This document shows positions 26,997-36,212 of a stretch of 64,000 bases of DNA, one piece after another; position 1 is the stretch's first letter; the number at the start of each line of letters is the position of its first letter. Location: the NCBI GenBank assembly GCA_046331705.1, contig JAXLQJ010000042.1:1-64000 (forward strand), given 5' to 3'. The DNA comes from a bacterium. GTDB taxonomy: Bacteria > JADJOY01. The translations under genes were made by a program, and so were the position numbers. Below the pieces are notes generated by a model. It searched no databases. It saw only the letters and a list, made by a program, of their open reading frames with translations, and was not told the DNA's origin.

Positions 26997-28403
26997 TCAC
27001 CAGCCGAAGTTGACGTCGAAGCCGGTCGTGAAGATCTGCCCGTCGGCGACGAACGGCGGAACCAGCGGATCGTAGCTGTTCTTGGTGCGGCGCGGGTTCA
27101 GGATGTGCGCCTGGAACAACAAATCGTAGGAGATCGAGTATTTCCGCATCAGGATCGTGTCGAGACCGATCCCCACCGAAGCCACGTGCTGGTCGTTGTC
27201 GACGATGTTCTGCGGCCCGGAGAGCGTGGGGTTGGCGCTCGGTTCGTAGTAGTAGCCGCCGCGCAGCTTGAGGTTCGTGAGCTGCCCCACGCCGAGGATG
27301 TCGCCGGTCATCGGGATGCCGTATTCCACGCCGATCCGTGGCACCAGCGTGTTCTGGAAGCGCGGATCGGGTGGACGATCGAGCCAGAAGGTGAAGTCCT
27401 CGAATCGCTTGTAGGTGAGGTCGAGGCCGATGGTGAGCTTCTCGGAGGGATGCAGCCCGAGCCCGACCGAGTACTGCTCGGGGACGAAGCCCACGAAGTT
27501 GACCAGCTCGCCCCGGATGTAGACGAGCTGAAAGAAGCTGCCGTCCGGAAGCCCGAGCCCCACCGATTGATCGCTGCGCCCGGTGCCGAAGTAGTTCTTC
27601 ACCCGCCCGCGGTAGCTGATGCCGAGCGAGATCACGTCGCGCAGCGACTCCATCGGCGGCTTGATCACGATCCCGAAGAGCGGCGTGAACGTCCCGGTGG
27701 CTTCCTGCTCGAGCTCGAGGTCGGTGCCCATGGTGGGGTCGTCCTCGGGCGCGTTGAGGCGCACGTTGGCGTGGTTGTCCTGAAGGCTGTCGAAGTTGGG
27801 CATGAAGCCGCCCCCGATCGAGAGCCAGTCGGTGATCCGGTACGCGAGCGAGAACACCAGCGACAACACGTCGGGACGGGTGTCGTAGCGATAGAAGTAC
27901 ACCTGGCTGAGGCTGGTGAAGGTCCCGAAGCTGTTGACCTGCGGCAACGGCAGGAACACCTCGACACCGAGCGCCAGCGGCTCGAGCCACGGAAAGCGCT
28001 TGTTGAGCCCCGGATGGTCGAGATCCGAGAGCACGCTGATCACCATGCCCTGGGTCGACTCGGGGTCCGTCGACACGTCGTCGGGCCGCTCGCCCCGAAA
28101 GCGCACCCCGAGGTTGGGGTTCGTGTAGCGAAAGCCGAGCGAGGTCTGCGCCTTCGCGAACCCCACGCCGCCCGGGTTGTAGTACGCGGCGGCGGCGTTG
28201 TCGGCGATGCCCGTGAACGCCTGACCCATGGCGGCGCTGCGGGCGTCGCCGCCGTACTCGTCGAAGTAGAGACCGGTCTGTGCGCGCGCACCGCTCGAGA
28301 CGCCGAGCGCCAGCGCCGCCGCGAGCACTCCCCAGCGAGCCACCGCCAGGGCGCGCCTCGTCACCGTGCAGGCGACGAACCCGGCATCCGACCAGCGATT
28401 CAT
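26997..28403 (-). CDS. FadL/OmpP1/TodX-family outer-membrane hydrophobic-compound transporter
   Basis: Signal peptide (ARA-Q), hatch motif ARS.AMGQA..GIAD..AAAYYNP.G, alternating beta-strand pattern, LRGGYYYEPS, terminal aromatic W. Confidence 0.85.
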   Translation of the reverse strand: MNRWSDAGFVACTVTRRALAVARWGVLAAALALGVSSGARAQTGLYFDEYGGDARSAAMGQAFTGIADNAAAAYYNPGGVGFAKAQTSLGFRYTNPNLGVRFRGERPDDVSTDPESTQGMVISVLSDLDHPGLNKRFPWLEPLALGVEVFLPLPQVNSFGTFTSLSQVYFYRYDTRPDVLSLVFSLAYRITDWLSIGGGFMPNFDSLQDNHANVRLNAPEDDPTMGTDLELEQEATGTFTPLFGIVIKPPMESLRDVISLGISYRGRVKNYFGTGRSDQSVGLGLPDGSFFQLVYIRGELVNFVGFVPEQYSVGLGLHPSEKLTIGLDLTYKRFEDFTFWLDRPPDPRFQNTLVPRIGVEYGIPMTGDILGVGQLTNLKLRGGYYYEPSANPTLSGPQNIVDNDQHVASVGIGLDTILMRKYSISYDLLFQAHILNPRRTKNSYDPLVPPFVADGQIFTTGFDVNFGW

Positions 28404-28410
28404 CGCGCGT

Positions 28411-29898
28411 TCACCAATCGACCCGCACTTCGAGGCCCAGGGTGAAGACACCGCCCCCCGCCGTGTACGGACCGCGGCGCGTGTCGCCTTCGTTCTGCGT
28501 GAAGCGATCGGTCAGCAGGTGGTACTGACCGTAGAGATCCACGCGCAGCCGCGCCTCCTCGGCGATGGGCGCGAAGTTGATGCCGACTCCGCCGGAGGCC
28601 ACGTGCTGGTTGGTGTCGAGGATGTTGTATTCGGTGTCGAGCGACGGATTCGGCGTGGGCTCGTAGTAGTAGCCGAGCCGCCAGTCGAGGCGTTCGACGA
28701 GATCGAGAACGGGCCAGTCGCTCTCCAGCGGCATCCGGTACTCGGCGCCGAAGCGCGGCACCAGCGTGTTCTCGAACTTCGGATTGGGCGTCCGATGAAT
28801 GAAGATCTTGAAGCTGTAGAACTCCTTCAGCACGAGATCCGCGCCGAGGGTGAGGCGCGAGGTGGGCCGAAGCCCGATTCCCCAGCTCCACTGCGACGGC
28901 GCGTAGCCCGCGTAGTTGACGATCAAGCCCTCGGGAAGCTCGGTCTGCGGCTCGAACCCGCCGTTCTCCGTGCCGTTGCCGAGGAACGTGAAGGACGGCC
29001 CGGTGCCGAAGAAATTCCCCACCTGCCCGCGGTAGCTGAATCCGAGCTGCAGGAAGTCCTCGGGCATGTCGGGAACGGGGACGCGCACCAGGACGCCGCC
29101 CACCGGCGAGAACTCCATCACCGAGTGGACCTTGATCGCGATGTCGAAGCCATGGAAGGGATCGTCGGCCGGCGCGTTGAGCCGGATCTTCGCGATGTTG
29201 GTCTGGTAAGCGTTGACGTTGGGGATGACGCCGGCGCCCAGCGACAACCAATCGAAGGGCCGGTAGGCGATGGTCGCCACCGCGGAGAGCAGATCCGGGC
29301 GCGTGTCGTAGCGGAAGAAATACGGCTGCGTCTTGTCCTGGTAGGTGTGGAAGGTGTTCTGCGAGGACATCCCGAGGTTCAGGATGACGCCGTAGTGCAG
29401 GCGATCGAGCCACGGAAAGTCCTCGACGAGGCTCGGCGGCGCGAAGTGGCCGGACACGCCCACCACCAAGCCGGTGGTGACCGGCGGGTTGAACTCGGTG
29501 TCCGTGGTCACCAGCACCGGCTGCACTCCCGGATCGAGCGGATCCGGGGGCGGCGGGGGGTACGGAGACGGCGGCGGTGGCCCGACGAAGTGGATGAAGG
29601 TATCGGCTTCCATGTAACGGAAGCCGAGAATGGTCTCCTTCGGTCCGTCGAACGCGAGGCCCGCAGGGTTGTAGTAGGCGGCGGCGGAATCGTCGGCGAT
29701 ACCGGTGAACGCCTGACCCATTCCTCCGCTACGCGCCGTGGCACCGGTCTCGTCGAGGACGAGACCCGTCTGGGCGCGGGCGGTGCCGAGGCCGACGAGC
29801 GCCCAGGTCGCCCATGCCGCGACGACCAATCGAAGCCACGACGGCCTCGAGGGTGGAGCGTCGCATCGTCCGGGGGCGAGGCTCAGGCGATTCCTCAT
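28411..29898 (-). CDS. FadL/OmpP1-family outer-membrane transporter (paralog)
   Basis: Same hatch motif, RYDTRPD and FENTLVPR blocks shared with its neighbour, Pro-rich insert, terminal W. Confidence 0.85.
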   Translation of the reverse strand: MRNRLSLAPGRCDAPPSRPSWLRLVVAAWATWALVGLGTARAQTGLVLDETGATARSGGMGQAFTGIADDSAAAYYNPAGLAFDGPKETILGFRYMEADTFIHFVGPPPPSPYPPPPPDPLDPGVQPVLVTTDTEFNPPVTTGLVVGVSGHFAPPSLVEDFPWLDRLHYGVILNLGMSSQNTFHTYQDKTQPYFFRYDTRPDLLSAVATIAYRPFDWLSLGAGVIPNVNAYQTNIAKIRLNAPADDPFHGFDIAIKVHSVMEFSPVGGVLVRVPVPDMPEDFLQLGFSYRGQVGNFFGTGPSFTFLGNGTENGGFEPQTELPEGLIVNYAGYAPSQWSWGIGLRPTSRLTLGADLVLKEFYSFKIFIHRTPNPKFENTLVPRFGAEYRMPLESDWPVLDLVERLDWRLGYYYEPTPNPSLDTEYNILDTNQHVASGGVGINFAPIAEEARLRVDLYGQYHLLTDRFTQNEGDTRRGPYTAGGGVFTLGLEVRVDW

Positions 29899-30082
29899 CG
29901 ACGCGTGGTGAGCGTGCGCTCACGAAGCGGCGCGGACGTTCTCATGGGCGCCGCTTCGCGGTCAAGCCATTCCTGCGATCGCGCTCTCGCGCGACGCGCC
30001 GAGCGCCGGAATCCACACGCTCCGCTGCGTTCGGGATAGGCTCCCGCGCCCCACGCACTCGGCCCCAGGGAGAACGAGCTCG

Positions 30083-30370
30083 ATGCTGACCGCGAAACAG
30101 CGCAAATTCCTGCGCGGGCTGGCGCACCCGCTGCGCCCCGTGACCCAGGTGGGACTGGCCGGGATCAGCGAGGGTGTGATCGGCGCGGTGAGCGCCGCGC
30201 TGACCGATCACGAGCTGATCAAGGTTCGGCTACTCGACCCCGCGGACAAGCGCGCGATGGCGGGCCAGCTCGCGGAAGCCACTCGAGCCGAGCTCTGCGG
30301 GCTCGTCGGTCACACCGTCATCTTGTATCGCCGGCATCCCGAGAAGCCGCGCATCGAGCTGCCGAGCTGA
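30083..30370 (+). CDS. yhbY: YhbY/CRM-domain RNA-binding protein
   Basis: MLTAKQRKFLRGLAHPL.P...G..G, HELIKV and GHT.ILYR. Confidence 0.92.
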   Translation: MLTAKQRKFLRGLAHPLRPVTQVGLAGISEGVIGAVSAALTDHELIKVRLLDPADKRAMAGQLAEATRAELCGLVGHTVILYRRHPEKPRIELPS

Positions 30371-30427
30371 TGGATCGGGACGCCGCGCGCGGCCACCGAG
30401 AGGCCCGCGCGACGCCCGGAGCCCGCC

Positions 30428-33016
30428 TCAGATCATCATCTCGGCGGCCAAGCCGCTCGCCAGCCCAGGTGCGAGCTCCTCGAGCTCGAGGCGCGCGTCG
30501 AGCAACGGCGCCACGCGATCGGGAGGCACGGGGCGGCTGAAGACGTAGCCCTGGATCTCGTCGCAGCGCAGCCGCCGCAACACCCTCGCCTGCTCGTGCG
30601 TCTCGACGCCTTCCGCCACCACCCGTAGCCCCAGGCTGTGCGCCATGGCGACCACGGCCGTGACGATGCTGCGGCTGTCCTCGCTCTCGGCGATGCTCAT
30701 GATGAAGGTGCGGTCGATCTTGAGGGTGTCGAGCGGCAGGCGGCCGACGTAGTTCAGCGACGAGTAGCCGGTGCCGAAGTCGTCGAGCGCCACCTGCACT
30801 CCCAGGGCGCGCAGCGACTCGAGCGTCGCCACGGCGGCCTCCGGGTTCTGGATCATGGCGCTCTCGGTGATCTCGAGCTCGAGCACGTCGTGCGGCAGCC
30901 CCGCGTCCATGAGCGCGCTGCGCACGATCTCGTGCAGGTGCGGATCGGCGAATTGGTGGCTCGACACGTTGACCGCGGTGCGCACCGGCGGCAGGCCGGC
31001 ATCGAGCCACTCGCGCATCTGCGCGCACACCGTCGACAGCACCCACGAGCCGAGCGTGCCGATCAGGCCGAGGTCCTCGGCGAGCGGGATGAAATCCGCG
31101 GGCGAGATGAAGCCGCGCGTCGGATGCTCCCAGCGCACCAGCGCCTCGAGGCCCGTGACGCGGCCGTCGTGCAGATCCACCTTCGGCTGGTAGTGCACCT
31201 TGAAGTCCGACCACTCGACGGCGCGCCGCAGATCGGTGCCCAGATCCAAGCGCCGCATCACCTCGATGCTCATCGAGGGCGAGAAGAACAGGAACGCGTC
31301 GCGTCCCGATTGCTTGGCCTGGTACATCGCCATGTCGGCGTGCTTGAGCAGCGTCTCGACGTCCGCGCCATCGCCCGGCGCGACCGCGATGCCGATGCTG
31401 GCGCCCACGCGCACCTCGCGGCCCGCGAGAGCGAAGGGCTTGCGCAGCTCGTTGAGCATCCGCTCCGCGACGCGGCCCGCGTCCTCGGCGCTGCGCAGCC
31501 GGGTCAGCATGACCGTGAACTCGTCGCCGCCCTGACGGGAGACCGTGAAGCACGCGTGCCCGGACTCGGAGCGCGACACCGCGTCCGAGCCGCGCACGCA
31601 GTTGTTCACGCGCTCCGCCACCAAGCGCAGCAGCCGGTCGCCCTCGCCATGGCCGAAGTTGTCGTTGATCTCCTTGAAGCGATCGAGATCCACGAACAGC
31701 ACCGCGACGTGGCCGCCGTGGCGACGGGTCTCGCGCAGGCTCTGGTCGAGCCGCTCCTTCAGGCATTGGCGATTGGGCAAGCCCGTGAGCACGTCGTAGT
31801 AGGCCAGGTAGCGAATCCGTTCCTCGGCCTGCTCGCGAATGCGCAGCTCGCCGCGCCGGGCCTGGACTTCCTTGTCGAGCTGGTCGCGCTGCCGCTCGAG
31901 CTCGCGGTCGCGCACCTGGATCTGCTGGAGCATGCGGTTGAAGGTGTCGATCAGGAGCCCGAACTCGTCCTCGCCGACGGCCTCCACCCGCACCGAGTAG
32001 TCCTTGCGACGGGTGACGTGCTGGGCGGTGTCGATGAGCGCCAGGATCGGCCGCGACACCATGCGCTCGAAGCGCGCCGTGGCGGCGAACGCGACCAGCG
32101 TGGCGACGCACATCACCACCGCCGCGATCATGCCGGAGCGCGCCATCTCGTCGCGCAGCACGAGGGTCTGCGCGCGCACGGTGATGGTCCCGTTGAGGTG
32201 ATTCTGGAACTCGATGGGCATCGCCCAGCGGATCTCGGTGCCGCTGCGCGAGTAGCTCTCGTGGGTGACGCTGCGAGGCGCGCAGCGACGGTCGTTGACG
32301 TCGATGTCGTGGCGGTAATGGCTCGCCACCAGGCGCGCCTCCGACGTGAAGAGGCACGCCTCGAGGATCGTGCGGTCCTGCGCCAGCGCGTCGAGCATCA
32401 CCTGCGCCGCCGGCATCACCTGCTCGTCCGCCATGCCGTCGAGCGCCAGCGAGGCACGCGCGCTCCAGGCGATGACGTGGCCGAGCGTCGAGAGCTTCTC
32501 CACCGTGCGGCGCTCGGCGTTGGTCATCTGGTACCAGAGGAACGCCGACGACGCGACGCCCAGCGCGACGCCCGAGGTGATGACCGCGTGGATGAGCAGC
32601 CGCAGCCGGATCTTGAGCTTGCCGCCATCGGCGGCGATCGTGAGCGGATCCTCGGTGTTGCGGCGACGCCATTGCTTGCGCAGCACACGCGACGACTTGT
32701 CGCGCGCCGCCGCGTGGTCGAGATCCGGCGGTGTCAGACGCTCCTGCGCCCATGGCCAGCCATCGTCGAGACGCGGGGCCTCGGCGTCGCCGACCGGCGG
32801 CGGGATCTCCACCTCGCTGGTCCCGGGCACGGCGCTCGCCGGAGCAGCTGCGGCCACCGCGCGCGCTGGCCGGGTGGACGCCGCGGGCACGGGTGGCGAC
32901 GAGACGACGGCGCCCGCCGCAGCCGGGCCACGAGACGGCTCCGTGCGATCGAGCACCTGGGTCGGCGAATCGATGTCGAAATCCCCGAAATCGAATGACG
33001 CTCGGACCGACGCCAT
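30428..33016 (-). CDS. membrane sensor (CHASE-like/HAMP) GGDEF-EAL protein
   Basis: Two TMs, HAMP (DEFG.L..FN.M), D.LTGLPNR, GGDEF, EAL and DDFGTGYSSL. Start uncertain because of a long low-complexity N-terminus. Confidence 0.93.
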   Translation of the reverse strand: MASVRASFDFGDFDIDSPTQVLDRTEPSRGPAAAGAVVSSPPVPAASTRPARAVAAAAPASAVPGTSEVEIPPPVGDAEAPRLDDGWPWAQERLTPPDLDHAAARDKSSRVLRKQWRRRNTEDPLTIAADGGKLKIRLRLLIHAVITSGVALGVASSAFLWYQMTNAERRTVEKLSTLGHVIAWSARASLALDGMADEQVMPAAQVMLDALAQDRTILEACLFTSEARLVASHYRHDIDVNDRRCAPRSVTHESYSRSGTEIRWAMPIEFQNHLNGTITVRAQTLVLRDEMARSGMIAAVVMCVATLVAFAATARFERMVSRPILALIDTAQHVTRRKDYSVRVEAVGEDEFGLLIDTFNRMLQQIQVRDRELERQRDQLDKEVQARRGELRIREQAEERIRYLAYYDVLTGLPNRQCLKERLDQSLRETRRHGGHVAVLFVDLDRFKEINDNFGHGEGDRLLRLVAERVNNCVRGSDAVSRSESGHACFTVSRQGGDEFTVMLTRLRSAEDAGRVAERMLNELRKPFALAGREVRVGASIGIAVAPGDGADVETLLKHADMAMYQAKQSGRDAFLFFSPSMSIEVMRRLDLGTDLRRAVEWSDFKVHYQPKVDLHDGRVTGLEALVRWEHPTRGFISPADFIPLAEDLGLIGTLGSWVLSTVCAQMREWLDAGLPPVRTAVNVSSHQFADPHLHEIVRSALMDAGLPHDVLELEITESAMIQNPEAAVATLESLRALGVQVALDDFGTGYSSLNYVGRLPLDTLKIDRTFIMSIAESEDSRSIVTAVVAMAHSLGLRVVAEGVETHEQARVLRRLRCDEIQGYVFSRPVPPDRVAPLLDARLELEELAPGLASGLAAEMMI

Positions 33017-33421
33017 GGGTGCCACATCCCCGCTCGTGTGCCGCTCAACGGTGGTTGAGCACCCGCCCGAGTTGCACGTATCGAGCCGGCCCAAAGGTCT
33101 CGGATTTCATTGATGAACCGAGATTGTCAGCAGCGCCGGGCGAAGTGCCTCGCGATGGCCGGTGACGTCCACCGTCATTTTTTTGGTCAACTCGCGACGC
33201 CCGCCGCGCGATTCGGCGGACGGCCCGCGGCACTCGGTAACTGGGGGCATGGCTGGCGACCGTCCTACCCAGCTGTGCCGTGGCGTTCACGCTGTGTCGG
33301 GCGTGAACGCCGTGTGCACGCGCGCTTGCGGCGACTCGTCGAATGGCACGCCAGCCGCATCTCGCCCGCCTGGCCGGATCGGCGTGCCCACCCGGCACGC
33401 GACGGCACGGAGGCGATGCCG

Positions 33422-33991
33422 ATGAGCCCCATCACCCACGCGCTCCTCGGCTGGCTGGTCTCGTGCACCGATCCGCGGCTCACGCGGCGCGAGCGCGGCT
33501 GGGTGACCGTCGCCGGCGTTGCCCCCGACGTGGACGCGCTGGGCACGCTGCCGCAGATCCTCACGGCGCGCGGCGCGCACCCGGTCTATTGGGGCTCCGA
33601 CTTCCACCACGTGCTCGGTCACAACCTGCTGGCCGCGGCGATCGTCGCGTGCGTGGCGGCAGCCTTCGCCCGCCGCCGCGGCGTGACGGCCGCACTGGCG
33701 TTCGCGAGCTTCCATCTGCACATCCTCGGCGATCTCGTCGGCTCGCGGGGCGGCGACGGGTACACCTGGCCCATGGCCTACCTCTTCCCGTTCGACGACC
33801 GCTTCCAGCTCAGCTGGTCCGGGCAATGGGAGCTCGACGCTTGGCCCAACTTCGTGATCACGGCGCTGGCGCTCGCAGCGACGTTCGTCCTCGCATGGAG
33901 GCGGGGCTACTCGATCGTGGAGCTGCTGTCGCCGCGCGCCGATCGCGCGTTCGTGGACGCGCTGCGCGCGCGCGTTGCGCGTCGCGGCTGA
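33422..33991 (+). CDS. YdjM-like inner-membrane metal-dependent hydrolase
   Basis: MSPITH, APDVD, HH..GHNL and HLHI.GD motifs. GGAGG SD; alternative ATG at 33416. Confidence 0.83.
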   Translation: MSPITHALLGWLVSCTDPRLTRRERGWVTVAGVAPDVDALGTLPQILTARGAHPVYWGSDFHHVLGHNLLAAAIVACVAAAFARRRGVTAALAFASFHLHILGDLVGSRGGDGYTWPMAYLFPFDDRFQLSWSGQWELDAWPNFVITALALAATFVLAWRRGYSIVELLSPRADRAFVDALRARVARRG

Positions 33992-34023
33992 CGCGTGCGC
34001 CGCCGCGGCTCACGCCGGCCCGC

Positions 34024-34683
34024 TCAAGCCGCGACGGGCTCGTCGTAGACGACGCTCTCGACGCGATGGCCCGAGGCCCAGATCCCATCGAGGAACGCCG
34101 GTGTCTGCGGGCCCGTCACCTGCACCACCGCGATGCGGTGGCCGCCGTGATGCGCGGTGACCACGCTGCCGAGCTCGACCTGGTGCTGCTTGGCGAGCGC
34201 CACCACGGTCCCGAACACGTCCTCGTGGGTCGCGAGCGCGAACGTGATGCGAACGCCCTGCGAGCGTGGGCCGAGCAGCGCGACGAAGGCGCGGGTCACG
34301 TCGTTGCCGGTGATCATGCCCACCAGGCGTCCGGCGCGCACCACCGGCAGCGCGTGAATGCGTCGCGACACCAGCTCGTGGGCCGCGCGCTCGATGGGCG
34401 TGCTCGGCTCGACCGTGATCGGGTCCGGGGTCATCACGTCGGCGACCGGCCGGTCGAGGCCCGCTGGCAGCCGCGCGTTGCCCCACGGGTTGATCTCACG
34501 GGGATAGGCGCGCGCCACGTCGTACGTGGACACGATCCCCACCAGGATCGCGCCCGCGGGATCGGGCCGGACCACCGGGACGTGACGGACGTGATGCCGC
34601 GCCATCTCGGCGACCACGGACGAGATCCGCGAATCGGGCGTCGCCGTGATGGGGTGCTCGGTCATCCAGTCGTGGACCAACAC
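34024..34683 (-). CDS. CBS-pair + ACT domain protein (AcuB-like)
   Basis: MT..PIT, HVPVV, LVGIVS, VMT.DPITV and ALPVV..LVGMIT, followed by an ACT-like tail. GGGAGG SD. Confidence 0.87.
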   Translation of the reverse strand: MLVHDWMTEHPITATPDSRISSVVAEMARHHVRHVPVVRPDPAGAILVGIVSTYDVARAYPREINPWGNARLPAGLDRPVADVMTPDPITVEPSTPIERAAHELVSRRIHALPVVRAGRLVGMITGNDVTRAFVALLGPRSQGVRITFALATHEDVFGTVVALAKQHQVELGSVVTAHHGGHRIAVVQVTGPQTPAFLDGIWASGHRVESVVYDEPVAA

Positions 34684-34748
34684 GTGCCGTACCTCCCGCC
34701 AGGGTGATCGGCAGAATCCCGCTTCCACTCAAGTCCCGGTCCCGCCCG

Positions 34749-36122
34749 TCACACCACGCGGTTCTGGCGAATGCACTCCGAGTACCAGGCGGCGCTCGCC
34801 TTGGGTACGCGCCGCTGCGTCGCGTAGTCGACGTACACCAGCCCGAAGCGTTTGCTCAGGCCCCACGACCACTCGAAGTTGTCGAGCAGGCTCCACAGGC
34901 AATAGCCCCGCACCGGATGACCCTCCGCGATGGCGCGTTCGAGCTGGCGCAGGTAAGCGCGGAGGTAGACGATCCGATCGAGATCGAGCACCTCGCCCCG
35001 GACATCGGGCACGTCGCGGGCGGCGCAACCGTTCTCGCTCACGAACAGGTCGCCGCCGAAGCCGAGCTCCTCGACACAGTGGCGCACCGCCCAGTAGAGC
35101 GCCTCCGGCACGACGTCGAGCCACGGCATGTCGAGCTTGGGGTAGCCGCTGGGAAACGGCAGGACGGTGAAGCCCGGCGAATCGTCGGCGGCCCGCACGT
35201 ACTGACCCGTGTAGACGTTGAGGCCGAGCTCGTCGAGAGGCTGGGCGATGAGCGCGAGATCGCCGGGCTCGATCGACGGCATCTCGCCCATCGCCTCGGC
35301 GGCGGCGACGAAGCGCGGCTCGTAGCGCCCCGTGAGCGCCGGCACCAGCACGCCGCCGTTGGTCCCGAGCACCCCGACCGCCCGGCGCGCGGCGGCGACG
35401 TCCGCGTCGCTCTCGCGATACGGCACCGGAACCGCGAGGTTGTCGACCAGGCTCACGCGGCAGGGACGCGGCGCGTTCGCGCGAATCGCCTGCACCGCGA
35501 GCCCGTGCCCGACGAGCGCGTGGTGGGAGGTCTGCCAGACCTCGCGGCGCGAGCCCAGCTGGGCACCGGGAGCGTGAAATCCGGGCTTGGCGGTGTCGAA
35601 CGAGAAATGCGTGAAGCACGCGATCTCGTTGAGCGTGGTGAAGCGCGTCACGCGATCTCCCAACGCGCGCACCACCACCGCGGCATAGTCGGCGAAATCG
35701 TGGGCCATGCGCCGCGACCGCCACCCGCCGTAGCGCTCCTCGAGCGCTTGCGGATGATCCCAGTGGTAGAGCGTGAGGCGCGGCTCGATGCCGTGGCGCG
35801 CGAGCTCGTCGAGCAGGCGGCGATAGAAGTCGAGGCCGCGCTCGTTCACGGCGCCGGTACCCTCGGGCAGCACGCGCGGCCAGGCGACCGAGAAGCGGTA
35901 GACGCGCACCCCCAGCGCCGCCATCAGCGCCACGTCGCCGGGCATCCGATGGTAGTGGTCGCACGCCCGGTCGCCCGTGTCGCCTGCCGCCACGCGGCCC
36001 GGCGTGTGGCTGAAGTGGTCCCACACCGACGGCGTGCGGCCGTCCTCCGCGACCGCGCCCTCGATCTGGTAGGCGGCGGTGGCGACGCCCCACTCGAAGC
36101 CGTCCGGAAATCCCGGGCTCAT
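34749..36122 (-). CDS. GH1 beta-glucosidase
   Basis: FP..F.WGVATAAYQIEG, TLNE (acid/base), VSENG (nucleophile) and WSLLDNFEW. Confidence 0.95.
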   Translation of the reverse strand: MSPGFPDGFEWGVATAAYQIEGAVAEDGRTPSVWDHFSHTPGRVAAGDTGDRACDHYHRMPGDVALMAALGVRVYRFSVAWPRVLPEGTGAVNERGLDFYRRLLDELARHGIEPRLTLYHWDHPQALEERYGGWRSRRMAHDFADYAAVVVRALGDRVTRFTTLNEIACFTHFSFDTAKPGFHAPGAQLGSRREVWQTSHHALVGHGLAVQAIRANAPRPCRVSLVDNLAVPVPYRESDADVAAARRAVGVLGTNGGVLVPALTGRYEPRFVAAAEAMGEMPSIEPGDLALIAQPLDELGLNVYTGQYVRAADDSPGFTVLPFPSGYPKLDMPWLDVVPEALYWAVRHCVEELGFGGDLFVSENGCAARDVPDVRGEVLDLDRIVYLRAYLRQLERAIAEGHPVRGYCLWSLLDNFEWSWGLSKRFGLVYVDYATQRRVPKASAAWYSECIRQNRVV

Positions 36123-36212
36123 CGGGGTCCACCGCGACGCGCGTCTGCCTTTGCTTGTCGATACGCGTATGTGAGACTAGCGGCCTTTGTTCGCCGACCC
36201 CGAGCGAGACCC

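Noticed and set aside
34704-36212. 1048-aa OpgG with a large N-terminal fusion
   Set aside because: The extension is the antisense shadow of the GH1 gene. A signal peptide starts at ATG 36213.
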